Shown: positions 1-14,043, numbered from the stretch's first letter. The stretch is 64,000 bases of DNA from Leptogorgia sarmentosa (GCA_964658305.1 OZ210884.1:6324001-6388000); one strand, 5' to 3'. Numbers and translations are program-made. Notes: generated by a model not told the origin, from the sequence alone.

Positions 1-182
1 ATCTAGGGCTTTCAACATTAAAACCTCAAAACTCGTCAACAGCCTTTGCTTGAAACATTTGATCTTAATATGTATTATTCAGGCAGTACATGAGTAGTAT
101 TTTTGCTGCTTGTATGTTGCAGTTGTCTCTTGCTACCTAAATCTATATACACTGGCCATTCATAATTATTACTATATTGTAC

Positions 183-3100
183 CTTGCAAACAGTAAGAAA
201 AACTCTTTTTGCCATTATGATGTAAATTCCAAGCGATGTAAATCCTTTCAAAAACAAAGAGAAATTAATCCAGCCAAGAAACATTGAAATGGCTCCAGCT
301 GCGATTTGAATGTCTCTCTTCGTTTCTCCTTGCGGCACCACATAAACCACTGCGCAAACATACATCAGCCATTCAAAGTAATTTTCAAAATTTTTTGCAT
401 AAGCACTCCTGTCCAGCACGATCTATATAACGCATAAATTTTATACATTTTATACAGTATAACATTTAATTTTGAAGAGACTAGAACATTAATTTTCGGG
501 ATCCTGCAATCCGAATATGTTTTTTCAAAAATAACGGCTTATCGGAAAGTCAGCATTTATTGAATATTAATTAGCAAGCTTGAGCCGAAACTGTAGCTAC
601 GACTCTTCGTTTTAGTGAGACTGCATGTATTAGAGTTGAGTTTCCACATATATTTTTACTGAGTGTAGAGCATGCAATGACGTCGACCAGAATATATTAA
701 ACGAACACGAGGTTTGAATGTCATATTTCCAAGCATTCATTAGCATCGTTCTGTTTCGTCATTCATATATCCGCCCTTTTCTCAGCTTGCTTACTACCAG
801 AGTAAAGATTCCCCATATTCAGCCTACACGGGATTTCTTCTCCATGCATAGTTTTCCAAACAACTTCTGGTATAAATTCGCTGATTAGCTACAATAACCC
901 ATCAGGAAACTCTATCATGATCTGTTATATATACGTAGGGACAAACCTGAAATATTTCCTTTGTAAAATGGATTGCGCCGATAACCAAAATAATGACGGA
1001 CAATGCTATCATTCCTGGCGACCTTAGATCGTACAAGCCTAGAAATAAAAAGTACGTACAATATTATACTTGATATTATTGAATTTTTTAGTTCACATAC
1101 AAGGAATTTGTTGTGAATTTATTAAGTATATAGAAATTTATATATTCTCTCAATTCAGACGGGTCTAAATTTTGATCTTTTAAAACAATCCATGTCAGAA
1201 GAGCATGCGAAAAAAGTTGGCATTCACTACTTGAGATTGTATGAAGGTAGCTATTTAACAATTAGACAACAAGGCCGAGTTGTCTATGAGGGAATAGTCA
1301 ACGAGGACGAAGTCCGAGTTGATTATTCGCTCATAGACAATGAAGCCGAGTTGTCTAATTGTTTTAGTATACACTCTATGTCCACAATTATTTATATCAA
1401 GAAAATTCTTCAAAAACCTCAGCAAAACGCGGGTTTTCTGCAGTAGCCATATTGTTTTCCTTTGCTTTTTCGCGAACCGTGGTCTATCGCAGAATAGACG
1501 ACGGATGAGTATAGCCAATCAGAATGTAGCATTTGTAATAGACCATGGTTGGGTGTATACTAACACGGAATAGACAACGGCTGTAGCCAATCAGAATGTA
1601 GCATTTCTAAATAGACTATGGTTGGGTGTACTAAAGTAGTTTAGATGCACCTTGACTTTGAATAGCACCATAGGCTGTTAACGTGAGCAAAAAGGTCGTG
1701 TACAGTAGAAAATTCAAAAAGAGCCATGTTTGAACATTAGCAGTGCAAATCTTCCTGTTCAGGTATCGTATAACGAGTGGGTGACCGAGGCAATCATCTC
1801 TTCTGAATTTCACCATACTCTTGATTGCTTCAAGCTTACCATCAGGAACGCCTTTAGCTACGTCATAAAAAGAAATACAATTGAAAATAAATAATCTGAA
1901 AGATTCATAATATTTTGATTCATAATATTTTGATAAAAAGTATAGCTATACTTCTATCTCCAGTCGGAGTTATTCCCCTTAACGTGACCAAGGTGATTTT
2001 ACAGCATGTTAGCAAAGGGTTTTTTCATACATGATATGAATAAATACTATGGTACTCCCAGATAGATGGTGTGAAGATGTTTAAAGGGCCTTTTGTTTTT
2101 CTATTATTTCCAACATTTATATGACCAGGAACGAAATTAAATTTTGAAGTTATACACGAGCATTAAAATGCAAAACTAAAGCCATGTCAATAGACAATTT
2201 ACAAAACTAACAACGGAATTAAAACGTAACCAATCACTACAGCTAGAAAGAGCATCTTAGAAAATGCAGAAAAACAAATTAATATTCTTCAAATACATTT
2301 TGAAGTTTTGACAAGGAATTTGAAAATGCCTATTCGTTAATCGATTGGTTGTTTTTATGGGGTTTTTTCAATAACAACGAATGGCAAATTAACTCAAAAA
2401 TAATGATTGGATTTTAAATGAAAGATACTTACGATAATTTCGTCGAAACGGAAAAAAGCAATAAGAGACACTTTCTTTTATTTTTGTCTCCCCATAAGAC
2501 CGATGAGTATAACATTTGTCTCGGCGAACACAAACGTCAAAAATCTGCATGGCGACGTCGGGTGTTTCTTCAATAAGTTTTGACATAATACGGTCAGCTC
2601 CAAAATACGAATCTTCAAACAACTAAAACGAAAACGAATATTGTAGCCATACCGTGTTAAGAGTGGCTCTTCATTTCAGTAGGCCTATTTACACTTGCAA
2701 CATTGACTGCGATTCTTGTGCGATTTTCTCTTTTTGACGGATGTGAATGAGTGAAGTTACAAATGTATGTTGAAGAAAAATCAACTAAGCATGCACATTA
2801 GTTATTAATCCACTCATTCACATATGTCAAAAGGAGAAAATCGCATTAGAAATCGGTTAGGGCACAAAATGTGATGTGATAGTTTGTCAATTTCAAGAAA
2901 GTGTCAGTTACTTCTCGGATATATCGTGGTGGAAAATATTCAACAGGAATTTTTGGTTTTTACATTAAACCACTGTGTCCACAAAATCTTCCTGCGCCGC
3001 CCTTATTATTGATTATAGCGAGGTTTAGATTTGACTCCCGCTACCGCTACCTTTCGCTGGCCTATTGCGCATGTGATTGGTTAATCAGATAGACGTAACG

Positions 3101-6100
3101 GATCTGATCATGATTGGTTCATGTTCCCATCATGGTAGCGGTAGTGGCAGTAGCAGTCAAATCTATACCTCGCTATTATCAAAGCGCGTCCAGAATAATC
3201 ATAAATTATGCATATTTTATTTAATAAACAAGGCACACATTAAACGGGCATAAGAAGTCAGTTTTAAAAGTTCGTTACCTCTTTAAGCATCTTAGATTTT
3301 TTCTTGCCTTTTTTACAAAAGCTAATAATTTCTTTCATGGAATTTTCACCCATTTTAAAATAACCATATGTAGAATCCAGAATATTGAGCCTATCGGTGT
3401 TTGTATCCTTCTTCATTTTCGCGCCTTTTTCCAGCAGACATCTTAGAATAGCGGCGTTACCGGTCTGTGCTGCATAACTAGCGGCTGTGGTATTATTCTC
3501 GTCTGTGCAATCGATCATTTTTAAAAACTGTTCTTTTTTTAACAGGTGCTCTACTGCAGGTAATTTTCCAGAAAGCACCGCACAGTGAAGTGCTGTTTGG
3601 TCTTTTGCGCTATCATGAAAAGCAATTGAATATAATGTATTCATAATTATTACAGCTTGATTAACGATGTTGTACACGAGCGCTGCTTGGTCAGTGATAG
3701 CACAGTACATTTGCAAAAAATGCCTCCAGACATAGAGAACCTGACACTTAATAGCTATATATAATTATAGCTATTTTCATTTCGGTTATAATGCTACAAT
3801 CGCGTGTCCCTTCCCCTCGAAACAATATTGAAAGATGTTCGAAGTAAGCAAAGTCTCGCGTTATTTTTGCACTCGATTATATAGCTTCTTTCAAATTTTC
3901 AAGTAATTTGAGTGAATATTTTTTATCAATATTCAAAGACTCCACCCATTTAATTTTGTTTTACATAAAAAAATCCAATCCAAATTTACTGCAAGGGTAA
4001 ATGGATATGAAGTGCACAGTATATATAAAAACACTTACGTTCTTTGCAAATGATTTGCTCCATGCTCCAAGAAAAACTCCATTAATTCTATATTTCCTTT
4101 TCTCGCGGCTTCTAGAAATGGTTGGTATTCTAAATGATCACCACGCAAAAGACACGCTCCTATATCTTCGTCGCCCATTTTCTCGGCCCTTTGCTTCCAC
4201 TGTGCAAGACTTTCTTCAAGTGTCTAAAACATATTAATTGGAAAAATAATTTTTAGCGATAAATATTTTATAATAGGAACTTCATGTTATGTACATTCGA
4301 TAAATTTCATAATGCGTGTATTATCTTATTTTCACAATTGTTACTAACACAATTATTTGTCTCGGGTTCAGTGATTCCAAGCCAATGAAATAACTGGATA
4401 TAGAATGCGTAGCTATTGTTTCACGAATCATGCATGTTTTCCCTTTCCTACATAGTACTATAGATCTTTTCACTTTTTACATAGCCACGTAGCCGCCATG
4501 CACTTTAAAATTAACCAGGAGTGGTCTGAAGTTCTCTTGTTGACATTGGTGTAATATTTTGGATAAAACACCAATGGCAAATAATAATAGCTATATATTC
4601 CGCATTGAGCTGCAAAAGCCTGGTCACCTCGTCTTTGGCGACTAATTCAGTAATTATTAAATGTATGACCCTAGATTTACTATAAATGAGGACATTTTTC
4701 ACCAATGACAAGCATGCAAGAATAGAGTTTTTTTAAAATATTTTCGCTTACCTTCATATCAGTGCGTTGAACAAATCGGGCGGAAAACAGATCCACTTTC
4801 TTTGTGTACATTGAAAGTTGTCTAAAACTCTGTTTAAAAAAACATTAAAAATTTGTTAATGTCCGCCATTAACATTAAGCTGCCAAAAACAACAAAATAA
4901 CAATTTTTAAAGAAACTACCATCCCAAAAGGAACAAAAGGAGGGATGAAATTTACTGTTAAAATGATTTCAAGGTAGTATTCCCATTGCTCATGCATTGA
5001 TTATGGCAAATATTCAGCTCGCCTTCGCCTTCGGCAAATAATTGTTAATTAGTGTACCTCATTATGTGCTATTTTTTTATTAGCTGCAAGCATTATTGGA
5101 GTGTCTCCAGAGTTGTCCATTTTATTAATTGCCTCATAGTCTTCAGTGAGCTATAAATAGGTAGAGTGTAGAGTGCTAGAACAATTTTCAAGTGGAGATT
5201 TTCAAACAAACACAAGTTACAATGATTACAGTATTTTGCCGTTGTTTTATTATGGCAGCATATAGGCAGAGACAATGCATTTTATGGCAGCATAAAGCTT
5301 CAAGCTTCAGCTGCAGCTTCGTCAAATTTCTAGACCTGAAAATTACATTGAAGGAAAGGAGATTCAAGAGAAAGGAGATTTACTATAGTAAATAATACAA
5401 ATCATGTCGCTGTATTTGATGGATCACCGTGCATAAGACAAAAATTCATGTCATAGGCTCTTTGAAAATTCATCAAGATGCATGTGGCATGACGTTAAAT
5501 TTAAAAGTTTTGAGTTTTGAAACTCTTACCTTTTCATAATGGGAAATAAGAATAGAAAGAACATCAGGGCTCTTCACAGCATAGTGGAAAACATTTCTTC
5601 CATATTCGTCATTAGTTGTAAACAAGTCAAGATCAGCTTTGATATCGAAGATTAGATTTACGATACTGAGTCGATTCGCTTCAGCAGCCCTGTTAAATGA
5701 AACATGGTGATTGATTGCATAAGGAGAGTGTGAACGAGTTAACAAAATTAATAGCATGCAGTTCAAACACTGCGGGAAACGCCCTTTAGGACAAATTCGG
5801 CTTACCTCATGAGAGGAGTAACCATGGTTTCATAATCATCTGATGAATCTTTTTTTTTCTTTTCCAAAAGGTCTCGGTCTTCCTCGAAAATGATTTTCGC
5901 TAGACGATAGCATCCAGCTGCACAGACGTTGCCAACAAACGTCTTCCACGACGCTGAATCCATTTTTTCTTGTGCAAGAAGATCTCTGCACCACGTCTTT
6001 TCGCTAAGCAAATCGAGTACATCTGGCTTGCCACTAAGAGAGGCCACGTAAAGAATTGAATGCTTATTTCCATCCACGCTTTTCATGACTTTCAAAAGAT

Positions 6101-9100
6101 CAGGGAACTCATTCGATTTTGAATCTGAGAAACAAAGGTTTTTTTATTAAACAATATTCTCATATAAATGTGGGATGTGTTTTGTTTTGTTTTTCAATTT
6201 GTCGTTGTTGTTATCATTATGCGACTGTTTGCTTCTTCCGTCAACATTATAAGATCAATTAAATTTAGAGCCGCTTACATTTGTTTATAATTTCTTTTAT
6301 TACATCAGCGTGATCATTCAGAGCTGCCACACAAATAGGCGATTCATGCTGGTTTCTCTCGTTCAATTTCTCGGGTTTTGAAGGTAATAATGGCTTTACT
6401 ATTTCACTACTGTTGCATTTTATTGCCAGAAGAAGAGGCGTCGATCCATCGCTATCCTGAACCTCAGAAAAATCGTTCAGAAATTCCGGTTGTCGTAACA
6501 TGACTTCCATTGCCTTTATGGAAGTAAACTTTTTTGCAAGAAGGTGTATAGCTGTCATTTTGGCTCTTTCATCCAATGGCCAGAAAGAAAGACCGTATCG
6601 GCGATGAAAAAGTTCAACATCTTCCTTGGTTGAGATGCGATTGCGTTTGTATTCCCCACAAAGAACCTGCAAGCACTTCAGGCTATTTAGTTCCACTGCT
6701 TCTAGAATGCGTCTTTGAATATCTCCAGTAGTAGGTCGTGGATCTTTGAAAATAAGGTACATTTTAGAAGTGCATGATCATAAGAATGTACAAAATAAAT
6801 ATATATGAAGAGAATTTGATCAGAAATTAGTGAGGGGGTACGCTAATTATAATTCATATAGAGGGTCCTGAAGGGGTAAAAAGGGAACTGTGATTGGCTG
6901 GGAAAATGGGATTTCATGCACTGGGACTGCGCGATTCATCAGCAATAAAATGGGAATGCATGTGACGGATTTGAGCAGCACAGCCACTGAGACGATGGGA
7001 TTTGTGCTCTGGGACAATGAGATTCAGTCAAATATTTTGCTGGGAAATGGGAAAAGGATCCCCCTTCAGGACCCTCTATATTCTCATCGCAGCTCTACAT
7101 GATCGACGATCTAATTTAGGAGGACGGCTATACTGAACAACAATGATCCGAGGATAATCACAGCCGGAGAACTAACCCAAACTCACCCTGTCAACAAAAT
7201 AATATTCCCTGTAATTCCCTGTTACACGATGCATTTTTTCTTGCAACATGCAATGCAATTCTACTTTTAAGAGATGTAAATTAGTGAAGATTTGTAAAGA
7301 ATTCATGAGGAAAATCTGATAAAAACTCGTACTTGCAAATTCACATCTCTCAACAGTAGAATTGCGTTGCAAGTTGCAAGAAAAATTGCATGCATGGCTA
7401 GAAATATGCGACATGCAGTATTACGCAATGGGCATTCGGACTTTCAAAATGCTCGTAAATTTATAGTATGCAGCAACGCAAAATAGTATGTTTTCTTACA
7501 TGCGAAGTTTAAACATGGTAAATCGACTTGTAGCGAATCGAAAAAGCAAAATATTGTGATATTTAGAAGCCGATAAACCTTGTCCCCGAGCGATTCAAAC
7601 GTATCCATGGATTGTAGCGTATTAGCCGCCATTAATCATCAATTCTTATATACTTCACTGAAAGAGAGCGGTGTTTTGGGATACATGAAATACAAATTCC
7701 AACATGCGAAGCTTGATTTGTCAAGATGGGGTTTCGGCGGCTTCAACTAATATAAAACCTATAAAAGGTTACGTATCTTTCCCTTGTCCAGCTTTACGTT
7801 TATGTTCGATAGTTATGGATATTTCAAGCAAAGCGAAGCACTTTGCCGAACATAAACGTAAAGCTGGACAAGGGAAAGATACGTAACCTTTTATAGGTTT
7901 TATATTAGTTGAAGCCGCCGAAACCCCATCTTGACAAATCAAGCTTCGCATGTTGGAATTTGTATTTCATGTATCCTAAAACACCGCTCTCTTTCAGTGA
8001 AGTATATAAGAATTGATGATTAATGGCGGCTATAATACGCTACAATCCATGGATACGTTTGAATCGCTCGGGGACAAGGTTTATCGGCTTCTAAATATCA
8101 CAATATTTTGCTTTTTCGATTCGCTACAAGTCGATTTACCATGTTTATACTTCGTATGTAAGAAAACATACTATTTTGCGTTGCTGCATACTATAAATTT
8201 ACGAGCATTTTGAAAGTCCGAATGCCCATTGCGTAATACTACATGTCGCATATTTCTAGCCATGCCATCGTGTAACAGGGCCTTAAGAGAAAACTAAAGT
8301 ACCATGCAGTGAAAACCTACACCTTTCGATATATCGTCGGACCTCGACTGAGTCGTTTTACAGAAGCTAGTATAATATGTCCACAGTGAAACTTGGAAAG
8401 TGAAAGGCGTTTTCTCCAGCTTACGTTTGCAAACGGCACACTAATATTTGTTAGTTTGCCGTACAACAAAACCAAAAACAATCTTACGAGTTCGCAAAAA
8501 ACTGGTCAGTTGTTACGGTTTTAATAGATCAAAAAAAAACAGTGAATAATTTTCCGACTTTCGGAATTTCAAACCAACCTTCCGCAAAGATGTCTGTCAA
8601 ACTAGAAGCATCGTCGAGAAATATTGCCTTTGCAATCCGCCGGGATCTCTCCTTGGTTTCTTTATCCACTTTACCTACGGTGTTCTTTAGGAAAGCATCC
8701 TCTAATTAACGAAAAAGAAAGCATTCATAATTTTACCATCTCATTTTGAAATGAAACTTGAAGTTGACTGTAGTTATTGCTAATTTTTTCTACACATTTT
8801 TGAAGCGAAAAATTTATGTCTGAAAAATTATTTGTGGGCCATGTCATTAACAACAGTCCACACGGCCACACTTCGTCGATTGGAGAAGCAAGCCTCAGCA
8901 AAAAAAAAGAGCAAGGCCCATAGCGGTAATGACCCTAACATTATTTACTCTTAAAGTAATATACAAATCTTACCTGCAGCACAGATAAGCTCAAGTTGAC
9001 CCTTGGAATGCTGGGAGTGCAATTTCGTCTTCGGAGCAGAAACCTCCGTCATGTTAGACGAAGAAGGCAACACACTTTTCAGCAGATCTAGTTATTAAAA

Positions 9101-11071
9101 ATACATGTATAAATTTGAAAAAAGAACACAATAAATGCCAGTTGCGTGAAATTTTCACCATTTCTGGTGAGTCACCTTATTGTAAACAAACCAGTAGTAT
9201 CATAGGAGCCAATCGACCCCCTTTTTTGAGGTGGTGTTAGCTGATGCGAGGTGGCCCATACGTATCGAGGCTGTGAACTCATAGAATATCGTGTTCTGAT
9301 TGGTCAAACAGCGTGACGTACGCTATAGCCGCGCTCTGATTGGTCAAACAGCGTTACGTACGCGGAACCCGAGTTCAAATCTCGCCAGAACCTCTATGCT
9401 TACGAGCACAATATCCGAAGTGATAACCCCAATGTAAAAAAGCTTTATTTCATATTAGAAATCGCTTACCTTTCATTTCTTTTTTTTCAATGAGCGGGGT
9501 ATCTTCTTTACTAGTTTGTGCATTGTCTTGTTCTGTAAAACAGGAATTAATGAAATATAAACATTTGGCCACCATAATTATCATGAAAACAATTAGCTTA
9601 GGCCTCATGCAGTCAAACCGTATCGTTCGCTATCTTTAACGACTCGATTCACTACCAGCTGCTGTCCATATGCATGCCATAAAATAAATCTGTTAATTCT
9701 GATATGATCTCGCTGGCTTAATTTCTCTGTGACTTATTTTCACTAACCTCCTTCGTTAAAAAAATGTATTAGAAGATCATCCAGGTCACTATGTTTATTA
9801 TCATGATTGCCATTATTATCATTATCACCATTGTTATCATCACCATCTCCTAGCTGATTTCCGCTTCCTGAAATTAGAAAAAAAACTGAGACAATTCTGA
9901 TGAAAGCAATGGACCTTTAACCGTACAGGCCAAATTGCCAAACAATTGGAAATGAGAAATGATATTATAACAGCTTGAAAGAGCGTCCTAAATTTAGTAA
10001 AATTGCAAAGTTTGGTTGCGAAATGTTGTAAAGTGAAGAAAATATGCATGACCTTGTGAAGTTGGCAATTTTTGTATACTTTTGTAGCTATTACGCGCGG
10101 AGAAACGTTACTCCGTTCGAAAAAATTGTATTACATTTTCGCACACGGAGTAACGTTCCTCCGCGCGCAATACAAAAGTATACAAAAAATGCCAACTTCA
10201 CAAGATCATATTTTCCTTACTTTACAACATTTTGCAACCAAACTTTGCAATCGGTTTACTAATTTAAAATTTGAGATGCTCTTACAAGCTGTGCGGGCGA
10301 TGGATTTTCCCCATTTTAACGGTTTTTCAATTTTTAGTTATAAGGTTAAAGGTCCACTCGAGGCAACAAAAACAAATATATCATTTTTACCTATATTCTT
10401 CGGTTCTTTAGCGTTTTTTAAACCAGCATCAACATTTTCTGTTACATTATTCATCACATCATCTCCAATATCAAATGAAGTGCCTAGAACAGCAAAACGA
10501 ATGTATCATCATCGGTGCTACAGTAGCATTCAATTTTCAGTAAGTGCATGCATATATCAGTTGTACTAGCAATATACAGTATATTTTTTTAACGTATAGC
10601 TTTTGACCTTCGCCGGAAGATCTTCTGCAATATATTGATTACCTGTATTATATCTACATGACCAACCTTTTTTATTAAAAATATCGTCATCGCTATCCGA
10701 ATCAGAATCCCGATACATTTGAAAATCAAATGCATTCCCTTAACAAAATATAATCAAAATTAACTTAAAGAATACTGTGGCCCTGGAGGCACTTGCTGGA
10801 ACAACTTTTCTGCCAATTATTTTGACAATTGCTTTATCATTTTCTTCAATTTGAAATCAATTCGGTTTCCATGGTTTGTGATTTACGCTCCTCCCTTAAT
10901 ACAGCGCTACGCCACTGAAGGGCAGGTTGCAGTTCATAAATTCAAGCTGGCTAAATCACATCGTTTGAATCGTTTCGCAGGGGATACTGTGCCTTGTGAT
11001 AAACATCATATGTTGAAATAACCTGTCTCACTATCAGAAGCAATTGCAAATTCATCAGTCGCCTCGGACAT
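183..11071 (-). CDS. TRPA-like ankyrin-repeat TRP cation channel, ~18 exons, 3' end outside the window
   Basis: Hand-spliced GT-AG exons (approx.): 11023-11071 (ATG MSEATDEF), ~10643-10738, 10390-10483, 9748-9867, 9470-9532, 8974-9087, 8579-8701, ~6278-6743, 5806-6124, 5530-5688, 5058-5150, 4752-4829, 4019-4223, 3279-3609, 2432-2622, 1651-1857, 947-1038, 183-422. Ankyrin repeats (GSTPLLLAIK, QTALHCAVLSGK, GDTPIMLAA), pre-S1 DCLGHPLVIRYLNRK, and TM segments ENYFEWLMY and QIAAGAISMFLGWINFSLFLKGFTSLGIYIIM resembling TRPA1 S3-S5 linker. Confidence 0.88.
1252..1633 (+). mobile_element. Hairpin-headed non-autonomous repeat, diverged subfamily, with duplicated tail
   Basis: Starts TATTTAACAATTAGAC, ~110-bp imperfect hairpin closing with TCTAATTGTT, then TTAGTATACAC whose reverse complement GTGTATACTAA ends the element (~1563). 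The tail is repeated at ~1570-1633. Confidence 0.65.
2681..2850. mobile_element. Degenerate MITE (GGCC..TTTACAC end); relatives near 12950-13020 and 61783-61986
   Basis: Internal inverted repeat TGCGATTTTCTC..TTTGAC / GTCAAAAGGAGAAAATCGCA; similar sequence recurs elsewhere in the window. Confidence 0.5.
3015..3176. mobile_element. MITE
   Basis: Terminal inverted repeats ATAGCGAGGTTTAGATTTGACT / AGTCAAATCTATACCTCGCTAT. Confidence 0.7.
6861..7076. mobile_element. Sola-like MITE
   Basis: TIR GAGGGTCCTGAAGGGG / CCCCTTCAGGACCCTC flanked by TATA on both sides. GAG termini with a 4-bp AT-rich TSD fit the Sola superfamily. Confidence 0.65.
7217..8280. mobile_element. MITE (CCCTGTTACACGATGC ends) interrupted by the palindromic element
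   Basis: Left end CCCTGTTACACGATGCATTTTTTCTTGCAAC. The right end GTTGCAAGAAAAATTGCAT|CGTGTAACAGGG is split by the 7392-8265 insertion. Confidence 0.75.
7392..8265. mobile_element. Foldback (palindromic) element, ~417-bp arms with 38-bp spacer
   Basis: 7392-7808 is the reverse complement of 7847-8265 apart from about four substitutions and one 2-bp indel; flanked by CAT direct repeats. Confidence 0.92.
9910..10356. mobile_element. Non-autonomous DNA element with long imperfect inverted repeats
   Basis: TGGACCTTTAACC / GGTTAAAGGTCCA ends and internal inverted blocks (TTGCAAAGTTTGGTTGCGAAATGTTGTAAAGT / ACTTTACAACATTTTGCAACCAAACTTTGCAA). Confidence 0.7.
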
Positions 11072-11189
11072 CGTCCTTGCTTCACTATTTTGGCCTTCTG
11101 TCGTTGCTTCAAGTGTTCGGTGCTCTAAAAATTGAAGAATTTCAGTTCGGCAACTGCGCCAAGGCTTTCAGTTCTTGATGCAGTAATAT

Positions 11190-11890
11190 CAGGGGCGGAC
11201 TGGCCATAGGGAGGACCGGGAGGTTTCCCGGTGGGCCTGTTCTAGGGCCGGTTGGCCGGACAATATTGTGCTAGACTGCTAGTCAATTCAACTTCATTTA
11301 TGAATAATACTGTACCAACATTAAATTGAAGCGCTACTTAATTGGTTCAGGATGATTTGATGATATCAACTATCAAGAAACGATAGATATAGTACGTGCT
11401 TACTTATAGTGCTTGCTGTCGCTATTTCTTGCGCAACAGAAATAAAATAATGCGCGTCGATGCAATTTTTGCGACATTCATTAAGGGATAAGAAGATAAA
11501 GGCCCTGGAAGCTGATGCTGCTAAGTGTAAAAAAATACATCCTTTTTTGAGACCAGTGCAACTGCCAGAATTTGTACAAGAAAGAACGAATTTTATTAAG
11601 GTTCATTAGACGTACAAGTAGACAACTAATGGATCACTCTCTTTCAGTTCCATTTAAATGTCATTATGTCGCTGTTCTTAATGTCGTACACTAGCCCTTA
11701 AAACCCTAAGACAAAAAAGTGGCGATCTCATTAATACGAACGAAGTTCTTGTTCTTATTCAAGTCTTTGTTTCTGGGATAATCTTTAGTTTTTCACCTTT
11801 CTTTCTTATATATTACTTTTACTTATACTTCCGCAGTGGGCCGCTTTCCCCATTCATCCCGGGAAAAATTTTGGTCCCAGTCCGCCCCTG
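11190..11890. mobile_element. hAT-type non-autonomous element
   Basis: TIR CAGGGGCGGACTGG / CCAGTCCGCCCCTG with 8-bp TSD AGTAATAT/AGTAATAG. Confidence 0.85.
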
Positions 11891-13280
11891 AGTAATAGGG
11901 ACCTTAAGATCCACAACGCGACCAACTCGACGACGGGGTGTAAATTTCAGCTTGAAAATAATGTTGGCCTTTTTATGCTTAGAATAGATGTTGGAATTTT
12001 TTTCTAGAAACAGTTACACACTGTAGGTTCAGCTAAAGCGATGCGATTGTTGCTGTAGTCAACTTGAAGTTACAGCTCTCACGTTGTAATCAGCCTTCAC
12101 GTTGCTTTGAAGACGTGATAATGCTTAGTTTAACGTTGCGTTTATAACAACGCCGCCGTTGAGAATGATTAATATAATATATATAATATAATCTTCACTA
12201 TACATATTCATTTCGAGGAGTAATTGTAGAATACCCCGCCATTGCGATTGCATGTCTGTAAATCGTGTGGCTACGAGGGTTTACCACTTCTGGGCATTGC
12301 CATGCACAACAGCGACGCGGCTACTCAGTTACTTGGGCAGCCAGTGCTAGGCTGCTAGCCACTCAACTATTACTCCTGCATAACCCCATGACCCTAATGA
12401 CCTAATCTAATCTCTTATTCGAACATTTAATCCTAACTCTAACCCTGCACGTAACTCTTGACCGTAACCTTAATCTTATCTTCAACGTTGTGTATGTTGC
12501 TACATAAAATCGTAGTCGTAGAAGAAAGGAATCGTGCTTGAATTGCGGGCTTTGGTCTAGGTGTCGTCCAAGTGCCATAAAATTCCGCACAAAATTCTCG
12601 TCAACAAATGTCTGTAGAGATTCAAAATCCTCCTTTTACCTTTCTTTTAGCTGTTTTCTTTAAGTAATTTGTTGTCATAAAAGAAAAATTTCACATTGTC
12701 TGTTGTTATCACCTCAGAGTTCGTCATTACGATGTTTACAGTTGTGTGATGCATCATACGCGACCATATGGTCCAATACATCGTAACAAAACAACGTTGA
12801 TGAATTTGCATTGGTAATATACACGAATAGCCACATGCATGATTTGCAGTCATGCATGCAATCGCAATGACGGGATATTCTGTATTTGAACCGATTCTAA
12901 CGGACGTGCGAATGTGCTTGAGTGCACGCGTCCTCAGCCAACGGTTTGTTCGTTCACATCTATCAAACGGAGAAAATCGCACAAGAAATCGCAGTGAAAG
13001 TTGCTGATGTAAATCAGTCTTTGAGTTCATAATTACAGAGGTTCATAATTATAGATCGAGGGAGTCTAGCGAGACATGCAATGTGAAATAAATTTTAAAC
13101 GTATTCAGTTGCCAAGGTTACCTTCAGTGAACTTCAGTCTTTGCCATATAACAGGGGGCACCCGGGGCAGTAGAAACCTTTTCTTTGATAATAATATATA
13201 GTTTTTCTTGGGCGAATTCTCTATGAATTTACTTTTGATGACAATATTTTAGTATTCAGAAAAAAACAGAAAGAGTCGAT

Positions 13281-13761
13281 AGGGTGAGTCAGAAAAAACT
13301 GACACATTAAAAATTCATATTATAGCTGAGAAGCTGTTGCTGACATCTGAGTTTTTCGTGCAATTAGAATGACTTGGAACTGCCATAAGGAATTGATATG
13401 ATTATCGCCTGTTTATTTGACATGCTTCATACCTATGGATATTCAGGCCACGTCGGAGCGGAATGCAGCTAATTTGAATTTTAAAGATATAAATTGACTC
13501 ATTTTGAGTTCTGACTCACCCTGTAGTGTACAGCTAGGTGTCCTAAAAACGTTACTTCTAGCTAGATCTCTGTTGAACGTGGGTTGCTTGACTGAGAATT
13601 GAACTGAATGGTACATGAACGACAGAATTATCTATAACAACATAACAACACGAGATTGTGTTGCTGTCGTCAGAAGCTAATTTCAACATCCAGAGGTGTA
13701 ATAACACGAGATTAACAACAAAGGAGTGACTTCTGTAGAGGTGACTTTTTGGGACCCCCTG
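13281..13761. mobile_element. Two adjacent degenerate Tc1/mariner-type MITEs
   Basis: AGGGTGAGTCAGAA / TTCTGACTCACCCTG(TA) at 13281-13523, and GGTGTCCTAAAAA / TTTTTGGGACCCCCTG(TA) at ~13531-13761. Confidence 0.55.
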
Positions 13762-14043
13762 TATATATCTTTTATGTAGTTAGCTTACGATTACTGACTG
13801 TTGAGCGAAATAAATCAATTCTTGATGATAGCCTTACGGTGATAATGACGTCCGTAGAAAAACAATCATGAAGCCTCGATGGACAATGATGTCTTTCGTG
13901 ACGAAATAAATCTCTGCGGAGCGAATCGTCGTTAAAAATGATTTTTCTGTGCCATTCAGTAAAGTGTTGTCTGTTGTCTGTCAGCGTTTGGCGTCCTTGT
14001 ACAGCTGAAGGTTTAAATGAAATGTTTTTATTTTTTGACCTCA

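Noticed and set aside
7444..8213. Mirror-image ORF pairs of 60-66 aa
   Set aside because: Products of the palindrome; no recognisable domain.
9230..9410. tRNA gene (GAGTTCAAATC B-box-like sequence)
   Set aside because: No cloverleaf; contains a short internal tandem duplication; at most a SINE relic.
12385..12485. Telomere-like CCTAAC/TTAGGG runs (also ~35630-35760, ~58470-58495, ~60020-60070)
   Set aside because: Short and highly degenerate; more likely simple-repeat parts of interspersed elements than telomeric arrays.
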